Positions 1 through 8,067 of a DNA stretch of 41,652 nucleotides are shown piece after piece. The position numbers were made by a program, and so were the translations under genes. The DNA is taken from the IMG/VR virus record IMGVR_UViG_3300017700_000447, positions 1 to 41,652 of that record; one strand, written 5' to 3'. The notes under the pieces are model-generated. The model ran no database searches, was not told where the DNA came from, and was given only the letters and a program-made list of their open reading frames with translations. Positions within the stretch are counted from its first letter, which is position 1, and every line of letters begins with the position of its first letter. Source of the stretch: a virus (taxonomy: Duplodnaviria > Caudoviricetes).

Positions 1-87
1 TGAGCACCGTTAATTTCGTACATCGCGTCTTCAATGCTCCAGCCCACCCGTTTCAGGTTCTTGTCCAGCCATTTGGTTACGTCAGAA
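1..87 (+). repeat. Terminal overlap, left copy (identical to 41566-41652)
   Basis: tgagcaccgt...gtcagaa occurs verbatim at both ends; probably the overlap of a circular assembly. Confidence 0.97.
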
Positions 88-434
88 TAGTCAGGCTCCA
101 CCCCCACCGCAACCGGCGCACGAGAGGCGGCGAGGAGTTGTTTGACGATTTCGGTGTAGCTGCCGGTGAACTGATTTTGGTTCCGAAGCAATGCGCCGAT
201 GTCGCCCAGCATGGCGTCGGCTTCTTTCAGGCTTCGCAAGTCGTCCTCCGCCACCTCCTGCGGGCGGGCAAGAGCGGCGCGGAGGGAGCCTTGAAGCTGC
301 TTGTATGGCACGCCGCACTGAGCCAGCGGGTCTTTTTGGCAGGCCCGCACGAAGCTGATGATTTCGCCCATCAGTTGGTCGGCTACCGCCTCTACCGCCA
401 TATCAGCTGCTGGGGTTGGGTTTGGGGTGTTCAT
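1..434 (-). CDS. 5' part of a ~363-aa hypothetical early protein that crosses the circular junction and continues to 40908
   Basis: ATG at 434 overlaps the upstream stop (ATGA); open frame MNTPNPTPAA...KNLKRVGWSIEDAMY joins the 40908-41612 ORF. Confidence 0.85.
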   Translation of the reverse strand, partial: MNTPNPTPAADMAVEAVADQLMGEIISFVRACQKDPLAQCGVPYKQLQGSLRAALARPQEVAEDDLRSLKEADAMLGDIGALLRNQNQFTGSYTEIVKQLLAASRAPVAVGVEPDYSDVTKWLDKNLKRVGWSIEDAMYEINGA

Positions 435-781
435 TGGATGCGCTCCGTTCTGCCGCCATGGGCAAGGACTTCACCGTGTTCGCCTATCGAAACACTAGCG
501 TCCCGGTAAACCCGCAAGGCTTTCTTCACGGCAACTTCGGCGTTGCCTTGATATTTCTCGAACTCTTTTTTCAGTTCGTTGTACTTTGCCTGCCAGCCGC
601 GCTCAATGTCGGCGATACGGTCTGATGCTGGCGGGGTGTAGAACGCTTGACTCTCATGCTCCGCGTAACCGGCCATATCGAGGGCAATAGCTTTGATCTG
701 CTCAGGCGTGGCCGTAATGCCGTGCTCATCAAAGGACTCTGACAGCCCTTCGGCGTAATAGTCTTCGCGTTTGTAGCTCAC
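431..781 (-). CDS. Hypothetical phage protein
   Basis: GTG start coupled to upstream stop (GTGA), GGAG RBS, 116 aa. Confidence 0.8.
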   Translation of the reverse strand: MSYKREDYYAEGLSESFDEHGITATPEQIKAIALDMAGYAEHESQAFYTPPASDRIADIERGWQAKYNELKKEFEKYQGNAEVAVKKALRVYRDASVSIGEHGEVLAHGGRTERIQ

Positions 782-1221
782 GATGCTCCCCCAGCCTTGG
801 TAGTGGAGGCTGCGGGCGGGTGGAGGTAGAGCGGCCTGACCGTGGGGCCAAAGATGGCGTCTGCCGGGCTGCTGTTGTATTCGAAGTAGCTCTGCCAAGC
901 CTCTTTATCGAACGATAGGCACGCGGCCTTGTCCATCAAGGCGGGCTCATCCCGTTGACGCAGTACAAGCGCGTAAGCAAATGGCGTCGGCTCCGGCGAA
1001 CTCCCCTCTACCGCCACTGGGCGGCTGGCGGCGAAGGATTCGAGCATGCGTTTGACAACGTCGCGGACGTTCGCGTTTCCCTTTTCGTAGGGATGTGGCA
1101 GAAACCATGCGTCGGCAGTCGATCCGCCCGGTATGCTGGTGTTCAAGGCGCGGTCAATGTCCGCATCTGTCACCACTTGCAGCGCCTCGTCTTCCTTGTG
1201 GGTGTGGGATTGGGTGGTCAT
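778..1221 (-). CDS. Hypothetical phage protein
   Basis: ATGA-coupled start (MTTQSH...), GGAG RBS. Confidence 0.75.
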   Translation of the reverse strand: MTTQSHTHKEDEALQVVTDADIDRALNTSIPGGSTADAWFLPHPYEKGNANVRDVVKRMLESFAASRPVAVEGSSPEPTPFAYALVLRQRDEPALMDKAACLSFDKEAWQSYFEYNSSPADAIFGPTVRPLYLHPPAASTTKAGGAS

Positions 1222-1502
1222 GAAGAGGCTCCGACTTTGATTGCAAAGACTTCGACAGGCTGGGTGCCGAAGAACGAGTGTGTGATGGTCTGCTCTTCGT
1301 AGCCGCGCCATGGATAGGTAGCCCGGCGCTGGGCGTCGTCCCGGGCCGGGTAGCCCTTGGTGACGGTCACTGTGTCGTAGGTGCGGCCCTCAAGGCGCTT
1401 GCGCCAGTAGGGAGTGCGAAGCCGGTATTCAAGCGGCTTGCGGCCAGCCACGATGTCATCGAAGTAGCAGCCCTTGAGCGGCAAAATGAGTTCTCGGCTC
1501 AC
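1218..1502 (-). CDS. ASCH/PUA-like domain protein
   Basis: LPLKGCYFDDIVAGRKPLEYR fits the ASCH GxKxxExR signature; GTG start with AAGGAG RBS. Confidence 0.8.
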   Translation of the reverse strand: MSRELILPLKGCYFDDIVAGRKPLEYRLRTPYWRKRLEGRTYDTVTVTKGYPARDDAQRRATYPWRGYEEQTITHSFFGTQPVEVFAIKVGASS

Positions 1503-1876
1503 TTCGTCTCTCCTTGAGTAAGGGCGGCGCGGGCACGGCAAACATCAGTGCGCCACAACGCCGGGGATGCATAGCCGTTTGGAATAATCTCGCCAGGCCC
1601 GTCGGTAGAAATCTTTGCGAACGGCTCCAACGCCTTGCGCAGCCTCCCTACCTCAGCCTCATGGGCGGAGATGGCGGAGAGAAGCTCTTCGATGCATTCG
1701 ACGGCATCTTCCATGGTGGAGCTCATATCCCGGGCGTCACCAGATTCGCGGTCGTATTGCTGACCGATGCGCAGCTTTCCCAGCAATGAGGCGATTTGTG
1801 CCTGCTTCAGCGCGACGGGAATTGGCAACTCCGGCAATGTCCCGGCTACTGGAGGTGATGGAGGTATGGGGGTCAT
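1499..1876 (-). CDS. Hypothetical phage protein
   Basis: Coupled ORF; LRKALEPFA...RARAAL motif common in lambdoid early genes. Confidence 0.75.
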   Translation of the reverse strand: MTPIPPSPPVAGTLPELPIPVALKQAQIASLLGKLRIGQQYDRESGDARDMSSTMEDAVECIEELLSAISAHEAEVGRLRKALEPFAKISTDGPGEIIPNGYASPALWRTDVCRARAALTQGETK

Positions 1877-2115
1877 GCCGATAGCTCCTTGTGCTCTTTG
1901 GCGATCTTTGCGGCGCGCTTCAGCTGTTTGCAGAACTCGGTGATGTCCGCGTTCTGGATGTTCAGGGTCAACTCACCTTGCACAATGAAAATCTCATCCG
2001 TGCCGTTGTAGTGACCAATGCAAACCGGGGAATCGAAGCTCTCGCCCGACTCAAGTTCCGAATTGAAAACTGCCGTAACCAGGTCGCAACCCGGTGAAAT
2101 TTCAGTGAGTCGCAT
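1873..2115 (-). CDS. Hypothetical phage protein
   Basis: AAGGAG RBS; coupled to the next gene. Confidence 0.75.
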   Translation of the reverse strand: MRLTEISPGCDLVTAVFNSELESGESFDSPVCIGHYNGTDEIFIVQGELTLNIQNADITEFCKQLKRAAKIAKEHKELSA

Positions 2116-2154
2116 CTCAAATCTCCTTTGTGTCTTGCTGTAATAGGTGGGTGG

Positions 2155-2664
2155 CTACTTCACTTCCAGCCGTGTTCCCTGCGTCAGCTTTGCGCCCATA
2201 ACCTCTTGCCCTGCCTGGAGCGCGGCCTTGATGGCGGCTTTGTCTGGGGCGGCAACCGGTGGTTTGGGTTCTGGAGTGCGCCAGAACTGGGCAGGCAAAG
2301 AGAGCTGGTCCAGGATCTCCACAGAGGGCGGGTTTTTCTTGATCGACAGCTTGAACAGCGGGCACTCGATCTTTTCGATGCCGGCGCGCTCCATGTTGTC
2401 CTTCAGGTACTCGCGCAGCCCGGCGGCTACCTTGTCCCGGCTGGCTTTCAGTGCTTGCAGGCGGGCGATTTCAGCGTCAATGACCGGATGGTGGGCCTCA
2501 GCCGCACGGGCCACAAATTCGATGCCCTGCGCCTTCACAGCCAGTTCATCAGTAATGCCGGATGCCTCGATGGTGTCGGCGATGGTCTGCGGGTCAAAAT
2601 CGCCATCTGCCAGCTTTTCAGCCAGTGCCAGGTATTCATTGGTCAGGACATAAAGAGCGGTCAT
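2155..2664 (-). CDS. Siphovirus Gp157 family protein
   Basis: MTALYVLTNEY start, EIARLQALK, KKNPPSVEI...PDKAAIKAAL...GAKL; lies in the recombination module. Confidence 0.9.
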   Translation of the reverse strand: MTALYVLTNEYLALAEKLADGDFDPQTIADTIEASGITDELAVKAQGIEFVARAAEAHHPVIDAEIARLQALKASRDKVAAGLREYLKDNMERAGIEKIECPLFKLSIKKNPPSVEILDQLSLPAQFWRTPEPKPPVAAPDKAAIKAALQAGQEVMGAKLTQGTRLEVK

Positions 2665-2665
2665 G

Positions 2666-2920
2666 TCAGGCCTCGATGAGTTCTGTAGTGGGGAGATTGA
2701 ACATTTCAGCGGTCATCGCCTGTACGGCCTCAGCAGTGGTTTCTTTTGCGGCCTGCCCAACAATCGCAAGGATGGCCCGGCACTGTTCGCCGTTGAGCTT
2801 CACAGAGACTTTGCTGTGCGCGCCCTCCAGCTCGATTTCGCCGCGTGGCAGGCCTGTTTTGTAGTCAGCCTCATAGCGCTCGGGCATGCGGATGAGGAGT
2901 TGTTTGAGTTGCATGGTCAT
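2666..2920 (-). CDS. Hypothetical phage protein
   Basis: GGAG RBS; tightly packed in the operon. Confidence 0.7.
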   Translation of the reverse strand: MTMQLKQLLIRMPERYEADYKTGLPRGEIELEGAHSKVSVKLNGEQCRAILAIVGQAAKETTAEAVQAMTAEMFNLPTTELIEA

Positions 2921-3078
2921 GATGTTCTCCAGTTATTGATTACTTGCAATAGAGGTGCGGGGTTCAATTTCTTGAGCGACCGCATCCTCCGGGCTTCGAT
3001 GTACTTGGCATGTGCTCTGGCCCTTGCGGCTTTACCGTGAGGGGTCTTTGCATATGCCGCATAGTCTTTGCAGGGCAT
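2917..3078 (-). CDS. Small basic hypothetical protein
   Basis: ATG 2 nt after the upstream stop; stop overlaps the next start; YAKTP motif shared with the neighbouring HNH protein. Confidence 0.6.
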   Translation of the reverse strand: MPCKDYAAYAKTPHGKAARARAHAKYIEARRMRSLKKLNPAPLLQVINNWRTS

Positions 3079-3080
3079 GG

Positions 3081-3518
3081 CTACACCAGTGCGTGGGCTT
3101 CTTCGTGATGAGTTGGGCAAAGCCAAACCACATCAAGCGGACGGTCGTAGTCAGGGTGATGCCCGTGTGGCTTATCTACACACTCAGGCACGGCGCAAAC
3201 CGGCCAAGGCACAAGCCGCCCAGTCCTTACCGCATTGCCGACAAGGATGTTTGCTTTGCGGCGCTCCGGGTGCTTTGCCACCCAACGGCTTGTCGCGGCG
3301 GCGTGGCTCTTGGCATAGGCTGGCGTCTTAGCGTATTCCGCACGGGCTGCAACACGGTGCGGCATGGAGCCGCGCAATCTGTCATAGGCTCGAACACGCT
3401 CAAGGTTTTCCTGACGATGGGCAGTCGCCGCCGCCTTGATGCATTCCTTGCACTTGGATTTATTGCTGAGGTAGAAGCCCTCAGCGGGCCTCTCCTGCGC
3501 ACAGTGTTTGCAGTGCAT
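3081..3518 (-). CDS. HNH-type endonuclease with N-terminal CxxC...CxxC zinc finger
   Basis: CKHC...CKEC; HGHHPDYDRPLDVVWLCPTHH. Confidence 0.85.
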   Translation of the reverse strand: MHCKHCAQERPAEGFYLSNKSKCKECIKAAATAHRQENLERVRAYDRLRGSMPHRVAARAEYAKTPAYAKSHAAATSRWVAKHPERRKANILVGNAVRTGRLVPWPVCAVPECVDKPHGHHPDYDRPLDVVWLCPTHHEEAHALV

Positions 3519-3520
3519 GA

Positions 3521-4153
3521 TCAGAAGGGGATATCTGAATCAAAGTCATCAAATCCAGGCGCACGAGGGGACGGCGCCATAGCCCCCGATGATCCCCCTT
3601 GCTTCGCCGCCTTCGCAGGGCGGTGGTGCATACGCGCAACCATCTTGGCCAGCTGCTCGGGGGCGGTCTTGCGGTCCAGAATTTCGCTTGCCGTCAATTC
3701 GGTGTCAGCCTGAAAAATCCCAGCAATGACCATGCGCGTTCCGTTGCCAGAACCGTCGTTTTTCGGATAGTCCTCAGTTTCCAGAAGCAGCCCAATGGGC
3801 TTGCCGCACAAATCAGGAAACACCTGAGCTTGCTTTTCAACTTCGGCCCTTGCATCGTTGTCCCAGTGCTTGACAATTCCGGCCTTCGGCTTGATGTCGC
3901 GCAACTTCATGCACGTCATGATTGCCATGAGAGCCTGAAACCCCATGATGGTTGTGCCGTCAGATTTCTTGGTGTACAGGGAAAGGTTGGCGTTCTGGCC
4001 GTTAGCCTCGAATCGCAGGCCAATGCCCTTGGTTCCCGTGCTGGCGGTCACGTCTTCGGCTTGGGTAAAGGTGCCGACGTATTTGCCCAGCTCAGTGATG
4101 CGGTTGCTGGTTTGGTCTGCCTTGCGGGCTTCCGTTGTGTCAAGTGCGTACAT
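3521..4153 (-). CDS. Putative single-stranded DNA-binding protein (Sak4 partner)
   Basis: Acidic SSB-type tail DDFDSDIPF; directly downstream of the Sak4-like ATPase. Confidence 0.75.
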   Translation of the reverse strand: MYALDTTEARKADQTSNRITELGKYVGTFTQAEDVTASTGTKGIGLRFEANGQNANLSLYTKKSDGTTIMGFQALMAIMTCMKLRDIKPKAGIVKHWDNDARAEVEKQAQVFPDLCGKPIGLLLETEDYPKNDGSGNGTRMVIAGIFQADTELTASEILDRKTAPEQLAKMVARMHHRPAKAAKQGGSSGAMAPSPRAPGFDDFDSDIPF

Positions 4154-4175
4154 AGTGTTCCTGTGAGTTATGCCG

Positions 4176-4826
4176 TTAGGCGGGTTGGTTGAGTTGATAA
4201 AAATCGCAGATGGCGGCATCTACGGCAGCGAGATCGTTGTCAATGTGAATGTCCGAAAACATCCCGATAGGTGACTTGCAGCAGTCCTGCCCATTGGTCT
4301 GGGTGGAAAACTTGTAGTTGCTGTTGATAACTTCCGTGCGCAGGACGATGGTGAAAAACCCTTCTGGCACGATGTGCTGGTCTACCAACTTGCCAACCGT
4401 CTTCATGCGCACTTGACCGAAGTCGTCAGTGGTCGTGTGGGCAAGGATGTACACGCGGCGATGCTCGGCAAGTGCGCCAGCGGCGTTGAAAATGTTCCAG
4501 GCGTTCTTGCCGATGTCGGTAAACTTGTCGTAGCCCTTTTCGCTGCTACGGTTCATCAGCTCATTGACCATGACGGCCTGATAGTCGTCAATGACAAAAA
4601 TTTCATGCGGCGAGTTGCGCATGAGCTTTTTGATTTCCAGAGGGTCACTTGTCTGATAAACGTTGCCCTTCGTCTTCATGTTCAGGCGGGTTACCCAGCC
4701 CTTAGCCCTGAAAGGCAGCGGCTTTTTGATGCACTGAATCAGAAAGGTCTTTTCTGGGTCCAGATTGCGCAGACTGGTTGACTTGCCCGACCCGCTGGAC
4801 CCGAGGATTAGTGTTGCGATGCTCAT
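4176..4826 (-). CDS. sak4: Sak4-like AAA ATPase, single-strand annealing recombinase
   Basis: Walker A GSSGSGKS, Walker B FVIDD, ILAH motif, KTVGKLVD, KSPIGMF. Confidence 0.85.
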   Translation of the reverse strand: MSIATLILGSSGSGKSTSLRNLDPEKTFLIQCIKKPLPFRAKGWVTRLNMKTKGNVYQTSDPLEIKKLMRNSPHEIFVIDDYQAVMVNELMNRSSEKGYDKFTDIGKNAWNIFNAAGALAEHRRVYILAHTTTDDFGQVRMKTVGKLVDQHIVPEGFFTIVLRTEVINSNYKFSTQTNGQDCCKSPIGMFSDIHIDNDLAAVDAAICDFYQLNQPA

Positions 4827-4913
4827 TTGTGTTTCCTGTGTGTGCGTTGATAAAAGTTGTTCCGTTGAGGTCTTCGCGCTCCCACTGGTCGTGGAGCTGG
4901 TCTTTGATGCGGC

Positions 4914-5096
4914 TCATTTCCACCCCGCCAAATAGCTAACAACCATCCCGCCAATCACAATGAAGGCGAAGATTGCCAAAGGCCTCTGCCACCACTTGAG
5001 CGAGTCCCAGAGGTTGCCCGGCGCGTCCAGAAAAGTGAACGGATAGCCTGGATTACTGCCGTAGCTGTTGTCCGTGTTCAGTTCGGTGCTTTTCAT
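4914..5096 (-). CDS. Small membrane protein
   Basis: ATGA-coupled; one hydrophobic helix at the C-terminus. Confidence 0.6.
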   Translation of the reverse strand: MKSTELNTDNSYGSNPGYPFTFLDAPGNLWDSLKWWQRPLAIFAFIVIGGMVVSYLAGWK

Positions 5097-5257
5097 GACG
5101 TGCTCACTTTCGGCTGGGGTTTGGCCAAGAGCCATTTCTCGCCCAGCATTTCCACTGAGCGCAGCCATGACTTTTGGTTATGGCGATTCGTGGTCTTTGG
5201 GACAAGATCGCAGCGATACAGCCGCACGGCCCGCTTGGCGAGTGATAGCGTGCTCAT
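5093..5257 (-). CDS. Small hypothetical protein, 54 aa, absent from the ORF track (MSTLSLAKRAVRLY...RSVEMLGEKWLLAKP)
   Basis: Translated by hand; ATGA overlaps at both ends; GAGG RBS. Confidence 0.75.
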   Translation of the reverse strand: MSTLSLAKRAVRLYRCDLVPKTTNRHNQKSWLRSVEMLGEKWLLAKPQPKVSTS

Positions 5258-5379
5258 GCGAAATACCTCACGTAGAGCGCGCCGCCGAAGGCTAAGCCCA
5301 TCAGCAGGCCGATTGCGAGGTGGCGCAGGGCCACAGGGCGCTTAGGCGCTGTGCTGAAATGTTGGCGATAGGTGCTCAT
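5254..5379 (-). CDS. Small membrane protein, 41 aa, absent from the ORF track
   Basis: Translated by hand: MSTYRQHFSTAPKRPVALRHLAIGLLMGLAFGGALYVRYFA; ATGA overlaps at both ends. Confidence 0.7.
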   Translation of the reverse strand: MSTYRQHFSTAPKRPVALRHLAIGLLMGLAFGGALYVRYFA

Positions 5380-5726
5380 CCCGCCACCCCAGCATCAGTA
5401 GTAGAGGCGGTGGCTTTGGATATTGCGGCCTTGGCTTTTCCGAAGCCCTCCCAGCCCTCGATTTCTGCCATGCGCACCATTTCCTTCAGCGCCTCAAGCA
5501 GCTCAGGAGCGGCGGCGATAAGGCGGGCGTCGGCTTCAAAATTGTTTCGCCCGTGCGGGTCTTTCGATATCGTGCACAGCTTTAGGGCGAATTCGTCGCG
5601 GTCTGCTGCTGCATCCGTAGAGCCGCCGATAGCACGAACGACATGCTCGGCAGGCACCACGAAGCCACCAAACTTCACGTTCAGAGGATGCACGGCCCAT
5701 GGGCCGCTTGTATGTTGTCCACTCAT
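5376..5726 (-). CDS. Conserved phage early protein (HTPGPW...ARLIAAAPELLEAL type)
   Basis: HTSGPW at the N-terminus and DARLIAAAPELLEALK motif. Confidence 0.85.
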   Translation of the reverse strand: MSGQHTSGPWAVHPLNVKFGGFVVPAEHVVRAIGGSTDAAADRDEFALKLCTISKDPHGRNNFEADARLIAAAPELLEALKEMVRMAEIEGWEGFGKAKAAISKATASTTDAGVAG

Positions 5727-5743
5727 ATCAATCCCCTTAAGAG

Positions 5744-6064
5744 TTAAGACCGAGTAGCAAGCTGATAAGTCCGCTCGTCTTGGTTGGTTTTGTCTTGGTC
5801 AATGTCGCCAGCAAGTTCTGTCAGCGCATCAGCAACAATCGCCGCGCATTTGTCACCCAGCGCAGAGCCTTTGCCCTTCTTGACCTTTGCAGCAAGGTTC
5901 ATCAGCACTTCAACCAGATCAACATGCGAAAGAGGGTCGCAGTCGATGATTGCGTGCTTGAGTTCTTTGGGTGAGCAGCGGATTTCCACCGGGGGAAGAG
6001 CGGCAATGTCGCGGTGGAACGTCGCCATCATTTCTTTGAAGTTGACTTGGGTGCGGGCGTTCAT
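5744..6064 (-). CDS. Hypothetical phage protein
   Basis: ATGA-coupled start MNARTQVNF. Confidence 0.75.
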   Translation of the reverse strand: MNARTQVNFKEMMATFHRDIAALPPVEIRCSPKELKHAIIDCDPLSHVDLVEVLMNLAAKVKKGKGSALGDKCAAIVADALTELAGDIDQDKTNQDERTYQLATRS

Positions 6065-6570
6065 GCCGTCACCGCAGATTTGGCATCGCACTCTGCACAC
6101 AGTTCGCGAAGGCGTTTAGCCTGAGCATCCCACGCAGCAGCCCACGCAGCAGCCCGCGCAGCATCCCGCGCAGCATCCCCCGCAGCATCCCCCGCAGCAG
6201 CCCACGCAGCAGCCCGCGCAGCATCCCCCGCAGCATCCCCCGCAGCAGCCCACGCAGCAGCCCGCTCTTCCTCGGTTGCCGCGCCATTGGCGAATCGCTC
6301 GGCTACATCCAGCGCGTCAAGGCTTCGCTGGTCGGTCATCAGGTGCTGGACTTGACGAGCGCACCACACGCCAAACAGGCGAATTTCGCGGTCGTGTCCT
6401 TTGACGGCTTGCAGGCACCACAGCGCATCATCCAGACCGTTGCTGTCCAGAATCGTGGGGATGCTCAGCGGCTCATCGTCGGCCTTGGTCTTGCCAAGAT
6501 GGGCAAGGAGTTTTTGCCAGCCTCCGGTGCATGGCGATTTGTCGCGGATCTGGTTCAACGTCGTCTTCAT
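6061..6570 (-). CDS. First pL gene: phage protein with Ala-rich AAWAAAGDAA repeats (Imm5-like family)
   Basis: TTLNQIR..SPC..GW.KLL, LDSNGLDDALW, LFGVWCARQV motifs; GGAG RBS. Confidence 0.8.
   Translation of the reverse strand: MKTTLNQIRDKSPCTGGWQKLLAHLGKTKADDEPLSIPTILDSNGLDDALWCLQAVKGHDREIRLFGVWCARQVQHLMTDQRSLDALDVAERFANGAATEEERAAAWAAAGDAAGDAARAAAWAAAGDAAGDAARDAARAAAWAAAWDAQAKRLRELCAECDAKSAVTA
6124..6265. repeat. Degenerate 12-bp coding tandem repeat, GCAGCA(G/T)CCC(A/C/G)C
   Basis: About 11 units encoding AAWA/AAGD/AARA/AARD tetrapeptides. Confidence 0.9.
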
Positions 6571-6881
6571 GCTCTTCTCCATTTGTTTACTTGCTCTTGC
6601 TAAAACCAAAAGTGATCAAGGGGTTCGGCTGGGATTGATTCCAGCTAGGCGCTTCTTTGGCGGGGATTGCGTTGCCCGCTTATCACTCGCCATTTACTTG
6701 GAGACCCCATCAACGCTAGAGCCGACCCAAATGCGTGTCCTTCCACGCCGCAAACCCCTTCATCACTCTCATCACCCCATACAGCGACAGCACTAGTGCC
6801 TAAACCCCCGTCACCTTCCATTCGGTTCGCCCTGGTATCGGTAGGGCTGGGTCTTTCTGCTTTTCTGAGGCGAGTGAATGG

Positions 6882-6910
6882 AGAATACCGAATTCGGTAG
6901 TTACTGTCAA
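6882..6910 (-). promoter_or_regulatory. pL promoter, TTGACA-N17-TATTCT
   Basis: Near-consensus sigma70 boxes with a 17-bp spacer, overlapped by two operators. Confidence 0.9.
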
Positions 6911-6922
6911 CCGAATTCGGTA
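6886..6922. promoter_or_regulatory. OL operators TACCGAATTCGGTA (6886-6899) and AACCGAATTCGGTA (6909-6922)
   Basis: 14-bp palindromes 23 bp apart; same motif as at OR. Confidence 0.9.
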
Positions 6923-6963
6923 GGTCTGGCATAAATAAATGTCAGTACAAACCCGCAGACGTG

Positions 6964-6986
6964 AAAAAACCGCCCTCGGGCGGCTT
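6964..6986 (-). terminator. Rho-independent terminator of the cI operon
   Basis: Minus strand: CCGCC-CGAG-GGCGG hairpin followed by TTTTTT. Confidence 0.85.
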
Positions 6987-7033
6987 ACGGTTGCAGATCA
7001 AGTTTTCTCAGAATGAGACAGCTTCATGGGTGG

Positions 7034-7294
7034 CTACAGCTTCCCGCCCTTTTCGTTGATGAGGACGCAGAGCGCGAACATGGCCTTGGTGGCCGGCACA
7101 AAAACTTCTTCTGGGTTATCCAGGTATTCACCAACTATGTCGTACTGATGTTCCCCATCACAGGTGCCTCGCATGTAAGCAAGTCCCGTCATTTCCCCTG
7201 TAAGAGCGTCCTCTAGCAGATCCCTACATCTTTGAACCACCGCCTGATTTACCGGCTTTGGCTTGGGCTTTGGAAACAGTAGTACTTGGTGCAT
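7034..7294 (-). CDS. Hypothetical protein co-transcribed with the repressor (rex-like position)
   Basis: 86-aa ORF overlapping the cI 3' end, ahead of the terminator. Confidence 0.75.
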   Translation of the reverse strand: MHQVLLFPKPKPKPVNQAVVQRCRDLLEDALTGEMTGLAYMRGTCDGEHQYDIVGEYLDNPEEVFVPATKAMFALCVLINEKGGKL

Positions 7295-7784
7295 GCCGTC
7301 CCGTCCTTGATAACCGTTCTGTATCTTTGGCGGTCTGTTGTACTACGTTTCCTCCTGCGATTGGGGGAGCTTTTACCCCGAGTACTTTAGTGCCCACTAC
7401 GGAACGAGAGGCATTCTCAAAATCTGCAATCATCCGCCTGACGACGCCTTGAATTTCAATCCTTTGCTCATCCTGCAGCGCCTCGAACCTCGCCCTATCG
7501 ATGGATGGAAATGGCCAGGCATCCGAGCCCGATGTGAGGGCGGGCGGCGACGCTACGCTTAGATCGCTAACCAGAAGTTGCCACGGCTGGAGGTGGAATA
7601 CCTTTGCTATAGCGGCGACGATGTCTATCCCGGTACTTGTCTCGGCTTGCTTGAGCCTGGTCATGGTCGCGGGACCTAGCCCGGCATCAGTCGCCATACG
7701 TCCAAGGTTCTCTTTTCCGTAGCGCGCAATCATGAGCGTGCTGACGTTCTCCCAGAGGATGTGTTTCGGGTCTTTTTTCGACAT
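7224..7784 (-). CDS. cI: CI-like repressor (XRE HTH) with no S24 peptidase domain
   Basis: HTH LGRMATDAGLGPATMTRLK...IAKVFHLQPWQLL; divergent from cro; flanked by operators. Confidence 0.85.
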   Translation of the reverse strand: MSKKDPKHILWENVSTLMIARYGKENLGRMATDAGLGPATMTRLKQAETSTGIDIVAAIAKVFHLQPWQLLVSDLSVASPPALTSGSDAWPFPSIDRARFEALQDEQRIEIQGVVRRMIADFENASRSVVGTKVLGVKAPPIAGGNVVQQTAKDTERLSRTGRHAPSTTVSKAQAKAGKSGGGSKM

Positions 7785-7845
7785 CCGAATACGGTAATTG
7801 ACTTTGCCCACCGAATTCGGTTGACTAGACCTACCGAATGCGGTA
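7783..7845. promoter_or_regulatory. OR operators ATCCGAATACGGTA (7783-7796), CACCGAATTCGGTT (7809-7822), TACCGAATGCGGTA (7832-7845)
   Basis: Three variants of the OL palindrome between cI and cro. Confidence 0.9.
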
Positions 7846-7849
7846 GATT
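7821..7849 (+). promoter_or_regulatory. pR promoter, TTGACT-N17-TAGATT
   Basis: Sigma70 boxes with a 17-bp spacer containing an operator. Confidence 0.85.
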
Positions 7850-7857
7850 TATGGCTT

Positions 7858-8067
7858 ATGAGTACCAAAATTCCCTCCGTCGAAGAAGTACAGGACTATT
7901 TGTTGGGACTGAATCTCATGCAGATCCAGGCGCTGGCAAAAAGCTCCGGCACTCCCTATCACACGATCCTGAAGATTCGCAACGGCGAAACCGGCAACCC
8001 CGGCATGTTGACCGTGGCGAAGTTCTATCCGCCACGCGCCAAGGCAAAGCAAACCGCGAAAGCCTGA
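7858..8067 (+). CDS. cro: Cro-like HTH regulator
   Basis: 69 aa, ALAKSSGTPYHTILKIRNGETGNP HTH, divergent from cI. Confidence 0.85.
   Translation: MSTKIPSVEEVQDYLLGLNLMQIQALAKSSGTPYHTILKIRNGETGNPGMLTVAKFYPPRAKAKQTAKA

Noticed and set aside
1-87. Biological direct terminal repeat (T7-like ends)
   Set aside because: It falls mid-gene, and the P22-like terminase implies headful packaging; an assembly overlap explains it better
6124-6265. CRISPR array or DGR repeat
   Set aside because: Contiguous 12-bp in-frame coding units with no spacers; no cas or reverse transcriptase gene seen
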